From contig CBDBCF010000001.1 of the NCBI GenBank assembly GCA_965202985.1, positions 2,560,001 to 2,624,000 on the forward strand: 64,000 bases of DNA. The letters are read 5' to 3'. A program made the position numbers and the translations under genes. Below, one piece after another: positions 47,101 through 53,100 of this stretch. Under the pieces are notes generated by a model. It saw only the letters and a program-made list of their open reading frames with translations. It was not told the origin of the DNA and searched no databases. The DNA comes from Longimicrobiales bacterium (GTDB lineage: Bacteria > Gemmatimonadota > Gemmatimonadetes > Longimicrobiales > Gaopeijiaceae). Position 1 is the stretch's first letter, and each line of letters starts with the position of its first letter.

Positions 47101-50100
47101 GTGGACGTGACGGGCACGCCGCAGCTGGCGCTGGCGATCGGTTCAACGACGAGGCAGGCGGCGTACGCATCGGGCACGGGCACGACGGCGCTGGTGTTCC
47201 GGTACGTGGTGGTGCAGGCGGACGCGGACGCCGACGGGTTGAGCGTCGGCGCGAGCGCTTTGGCGTTGAACGGCGGGACGATCGATGTGGCGGGCGGAAC
47301 GACCGACGCGCTGCTGAGCCTGGAGCACTATGCGATCAGCAACGACGGCGCGCGCCGAGTGGCGGGCGGGACGTTCACGGCGTCGTCGGTGAGCGCGGTG
47401 TCGATCACGAGCAGCCCGGCGGGCGGGAGCACGTACGGGTTGAGCGAGGAGATCGGTGTCGATGTGACGTTCAACCGGAACGTGGCGGTGACGGGCGCGC
47501 CCGAGCTGGCGCTGACGATCGGTTCGCAGACGCGGCAGGCGTCGTACGTCTCGACGACGGGCGGCCGCGTGCTGTCGTTCTCCTACACGGTTGTGGCTGG
47601 CGACGCGGACGGGAACGGGTTGAGCATCGGCGCGAGCGCTTTGGGGCTGAACGGCGGCACGATCGCGGACGCGCGCGACGCGAACGAGGCTGCGAGCCTC
47701 GGACTGGGCTCTCACGCGATATCGAACGCGGGCAGCCATCGGGTGGACGGCACTCAGGGACCGCCGGGCGTGAGCGGCGTGTCGATCGCGTCGCCCGTGG
47801 TGGGCGACACGTTCGAGCGAGGCGACACGGTGGTTGCGACGATCGTGTTCAACAAGGCGGTGGACGTGACGGGCACGCCGCAGCTGGCGTTGACGATCGG
47901 CAGCACGACGAAGCAGGCGAGCTACGCGAGCGGCACGGGCACGGCGTCGTTGGTGTTCAGGTACGTGGTGGTGACTGCGGACGCGGACGCGGACGGCATC
48001 AGCATCGGCGCGACCGCGTTGGCGCTGAACGGCGGGACGATCGACGTGGCGGGCGGCACGGTGGACGCGGTTCTGGGGCTGGGGACGCACGCGGTGACGA
48101 ACAGCGCGGGCCACAAGGTCGCGGGCGGCACGTTCACGGCGGCGTCGGTGTCTGGCGTGGCGCTGACGAGTTCGCCTGCGGTGGCGACGACGTACGGCCG
48201 CGACGAGTCGATCGAGGTTCAGGTGACGTTCAACCGTCGCGTGGCGGTGACGGGCATGCCGCAGGTGGCGCTGACGGTGGGCGCGCAGACGCGGCAGGCG
48301 GACTACGCGAGCGGGACGGGCACGCGGGCGCTGACGTTCCGCTACGTGGTGGTGGCTGCGGACGCGGACGCCGACGGGATCGAGGTGGGCGCGAGCGCAC
48401 TGGCGCTGAACAGCGGAACGATCGCCGATGCCCGCGACGGCTCGACTGCGGCGAGCCTGGGGCTGGGCAGCCATGCGTTGAGCGCTGCTGCGGGCCACAA
48501 GGTGGACGGTACGCTGGCGGGTGCGTCGGTGAGCGGCGTAGCGGTGTCGAGCGCGCCGGAGAGCGGCGACACGTACGGCCTGGGCGAGCGGATCGAGGTC
48601 GAGGTGACGTTCGACCGTGCGGTGACGGTGACGGGCGCGCCGCAACTGGCGCTGACGGTGGGCGCGGTGGCGCGTCAAGCGAGCTACGCGGGCGGCAGCG
48701 GCACGGCGACGCTGTCGTTCGCGTACCGGGTGCGTGGCGCGGGCAGTGGCGGCAGCGGCGCGGGCGGCGTGGACGCGGACGCGGACGGCGTGGGCGTTGC
48801 GGCGGCTGCGCTGACGCTGAACGGCGGTACGATCGTGAACACGGCGGACGGCGTTCGTCCGGCGACGCTGGGGCTGGGCGGCCATGCGGTTGCGGCTGCG
48901 GCGAACGACAAGGTGGACGGTACGGTCGAGGTCGCGCCGGTGGTGGTGGGCGTGGCGGTGACGAGCGAGCCTGTGGCGACGGGACTGTACGGCGCGGGCG
49001 GCGTCATCCGGGTCGAGGTGACGTTCAGCCGGCCGGTCGATGTGGCGGGCGCGTCGTCGTCGCCGGCGCTGGCGGCGTCGATGTCGGCCGCGACGGCCGC
49101 GAACACGGCTGCGGCGCGGCTGGCGATCGACGTGGGCGGGACGACGCGCCATGCAGTCTACGTGTCGGGTTCGGGCACGACGGTGCTCGTGTTCGAGTAC
49201 GTGGTCCGTCCGGCGGACCGGGACCCGGACGGCATCAGCATCCCGGCGGACGCGCTGGCCGAGTCGGCGGGCGCGCTGCGGATCGCGGGCGGCCAGGCGG
49301 CGGCGGTTCTGGACCTGGGCGCGCACGCGGTGACGGACTTGACGGGCCACGCGGTGAACGGCGCGGGCAGCCTGGACCCGGTGTTCGGTCGGTTGGAGTA
49401 CGAGTTCGAGTTGGCGGAGAACGTTGCGGGCCCGCTGCCGCTGGGCGAGGTGGTCGCGACGAGTCCGTTGGGCGCCGAGATGCGCTACGGGTTGGAGAGC
49501 GGAGGCGAGGGGCTGTTCGAGGTGGACGTGTCGAGCGGCGTGGTGACTTACGTTGGCGGAGGCGAGGACGCGGAGCAGCGTTCGGAGTACGTGATGCTGG
49601 TGGTGGCGGTGACGGACGGTGTGGGCGAGGACGAGCAGCTCGAGACGGTGGCGAAGGTGACGGTGAAGGTGATGAACGAGAACGACGAGGCGCCGTCGTT
49701 CGTCGAGGAGCGTTGGGCGTTCGAGCTGGCGGAGGGCGCCGCGGGTCCCCTGGTGCTGGGCGTGTTGGAGGCGGTGGACCCGGACGAGGGCGACACGCTG
49801 ACGTACGCGCTGGTGGCGGGCGACGCCGAGCGGTTCGAGCTGGACGGGCAGACGGGCGAGTTGCGGTACGTGGGCGGTGGCGAGGACTACGAGACGAGCG
49901 TGGGCATGTGGCGTTTGGAGGCGACGGCGACGGACTTGCTGGGCCGTACGGCGCGGACGACGGCGACGGTGGTGGTTGCGGACGTGAACGAGGCGCCGGT
50001 GTTCGCGGACTCCGCATATGCGTTCGAACTGGCCGAGAACGTTGCGGGACCGCTGGTTCTGGGCATGGTGCGGGCAACGGACCCGGACCGGGACGACCCG

Positions 50101-53100
50101 CCGACGTACAGCTTGGCCGAAGGCGACCGAGAGCGGTTCGAGGTGGACGCTGCAACGGGCGAGTTGCGGTACGTGGGCGCAGGCGAGGACGCGGAGACGG
50201 GCCCGGAGAGCTGGGCGCTCGAGGTCCATGCGACGGACCGCGGCGGCATCGCGGCGTCTGCGCGGGTGGTGGTGGCGCTGCTGGACCGGAACGAGGCGCC
50301 CGTGTTCGCTGCGGAGGTCTACGAGTGGGAGTTCGAGGAGAACGTCGCCGGACCGTTGGTTCTGGGCGCGGTCGAGGCGGCGGACCCGGACCGAGCGGAC
50401 ACGCTCGTGTACAGCCTGTCGGGCGAAGGTGCGGCGCTCTTCGAGGTGGACGCTGCGACGGGCGAGGTGCGGTACGCGGGCGCGGGCGAGGACTACGAGG
50501 TGGGCCCGGCGTCCTGGGCGTTCGAGGTGGTGGCGACCGACGGCGAGGGGCTGGCGGCGCGGGTGGCTGCGGCGGTGGCGCTGCTGGACGTGAACGAGGC
50601 GCCGGCGTTCGCCGACTCCGCATACGCTTTCGAGCTGGCGGAGAACGTTGCCGGCCCGCTGATGCTGGGCGCGGTCGAAGCGACGGACCCGGACCGCGGC
50701 GACGCGCCGGCGTACAGCTTGGCCGAAGGCGACGCCGAGCGGTTCGAGGTGGACGCCGTTACGGGCGAGGTGCGGTACGTGGGGAGCGGCGAGGACTACG
50801 AGCAAGGTCCGCCGACGTTCGCGCTGACGGTGCGGGCGACGGACGCGGGCGGACTGACGGCCGAGGCGGTCGCGACGGTGACGTTGCTGGACGTGAACGA
50901 GGGTCCGGAGGCGGTGGGCGCGATGTCGCCGAAGACGCTCGAGGCGTACGGTGCCGCTGTGCAAGAGGAGTTGGGTCGGTACTTCCGGGACCCGGACGGC
51001 GACGCGCTGGCGTACGCGGTCGAGTCGTCGTCGCCGGCCGTGGCGGTTGCGACGGTGACGGGCGTGGGCGTGCTGTCGATCGCGCCGCAGGCGATCGGCG
51101 AGGCTGTGGTGACGGTACGGGCGAGCGATCCGGGCGGGCTGTCGGCTCAGCAGCAGGTGCGTGTGACGGTGGAGGCGTCGCGGTCGGAGCGTGCGCGTGC
51201 GTTGGAGCTGACGCTGGCGGCGTTCGGCCGGTCGCTGGGCACGGAGACGGTGGAGGCGATCGGCGGGCGGTTGGGGCTGGGGTCGTCGGGCGCGCTGGGC
51301 CGGTCGCATGTGCAGCTCGGCGGGCGCTCGCTGGCGTGCGGCGCGCCGGGCGCCGGGTCGGGCGGCTTCGGCGGCGTCGTCCCCGGCGTTGCGAGCGCGG
51401 CGCGTGACCAAACCGACGCCGGCGTTGCGGCCGCGGCGGACGGCCGGACAGACACGACGCCCACGTTGAGAGCGTGGCGGCCGGCCGGACCGACAAACGG
51501 CAGTGCCGCGTCCGCTGGCGGCGACAACGCCGGGGCCGGCTCGGGCAAGTGCGGTCTCGAGTCGCTGGTGCGGGGCGCGACGGGCCTGCTGGGGTTGCAG
51601 ATCGCGCACCCCGGCTCGGCCGACGCGGCCGGCGGGACCGTCGACTTGGCCGCGCTGCTGTTCGGCGACGGCCGGAGCGGTCGGTTCGGCGGTCCGGGCG
51701 CGGGCATCGCCGGCGGTATGGCTGGCACGGGCGGCGCCTACCGGGGCCAGCAGCAAGCCGACGCCGAGCGCGCCGACCGCACCGGCGGCCTGACGTTCAA
51801 CCCCGTCGACGCCCGCGGCCTGCGCTCGCAAAGCTCGTTCCAGCTGTCGTTCGGCGGCTCGGACGGTTCGGCGGACGCATCCTCGGCCGGCGCTTCCGCC
51901 TCTTCGCAGGCGGCTTTGCGGTCGGGCTGGACGGTGTGGGGCCAGGCGAACCTGGGCGAGTTCGAGGGCCGTCCCCGAGACGACTTCGCCATGGACGGCC
52001 GCACGCGCTCCGCCTACCTGGGGCTCGACTACCGGTTCGGCTCCGGGTTCCTCATGGGCCTTGCGGGCTCGCGCAGCGACATGGAGGCCGGCTTCGACAG
52101 CCGCATCAACGGCGCGGGCTCGGTCGACGCTCGCCTGACCAGCCTGTACCCCTACCTGCACTGGTCGTCCGGCGGCGGCTTCGGCGTGTGGGGCTTGGCG
52201 GGCGCAGGCCGCGGCGACGCGACGCTCGAGGAGTCGGCGGGCGGCCGTTTCGACACCGACTTGGAGATGCGCATGGGCGCGCTGGGCGTGCGTCAGGAGC
52301 TGACCGGCGGGTTGGCGCTGAAGGCGGACGCTTTCGCGGTGCGCATCTTGTCGGACGAGGTGGCGGGGCTGGCGGGCGTGACGGCGGACGCGCAGCGCGT
52401 GCGACTGGCGCCGGAGATCGGCGGCCAGTGGTCGTTGGGCGACGGGCTGGCGATGCGGACGCGGCTCGAGGTGGGCGGTCGCTTCGACGGCGGCGACGCG
52501 GAGACGGGTATGGGCGCGGAGGCGGGCGCCGAGGTGGGGTTGGCGCACCAGGCGAGCGGGTTCAGCATGACGGCGCGGGGCCGTGCGCTGCTGGTGCACC
52601 AGGAGCGCGACTTCAAGGACTGGGGCGCGGGGTTCTCGCTGAGGTTGCAGCCGGGCGGGGGCGGCGAGGGCGAGGGCGGGCTGTCGTTCTCGGTCGAGCC
52701 GACGTGGGGCGACGCTGGGGGCGGCGCGCGTGCGCTGTGGCAGGGCGGCGCGGACGTGTGGCGGACCGCGGGCGCGGACGGCTTCGGCGCGCCGGGCAGG
52801 GCCGCGCGGCCAGTCGGCGCGAGCGTCCCGGCAAGCCCGGGGCTCGGCCAGAGCCAGGGCGAAGCGTCGGCACAGGGCGCGTCGGCCGCCAATGGCGACC
52901 CGGCTGGCCCGCCCGCAAGCCCGGGCCTCCCGACAAGCGCCGGCGTGCCGGCGCCCGCAAGCACGCCGGGCTGGGCTCCCGACCGGGTGGCGATGGAGGT
53001 CGGCTACGGGGTGCTGCTGCCCGGCGGCGGCCAGGTCAAGCCGTTCGGACGTTGGAGCCGCGAGGGAGCGGCGGGGCATCGCGTGAACGTGGGGACGCGC

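Noticed and set aside
20300..49370. Possible CRISPR array or diversity-generating retroelement in the repeats
   Set aside because: The repeats are in-frame protein units without a repeat-spacer pattern. No cas or reverse transcriptase gene is present, and I saw no adenine-specific template/variable pair.
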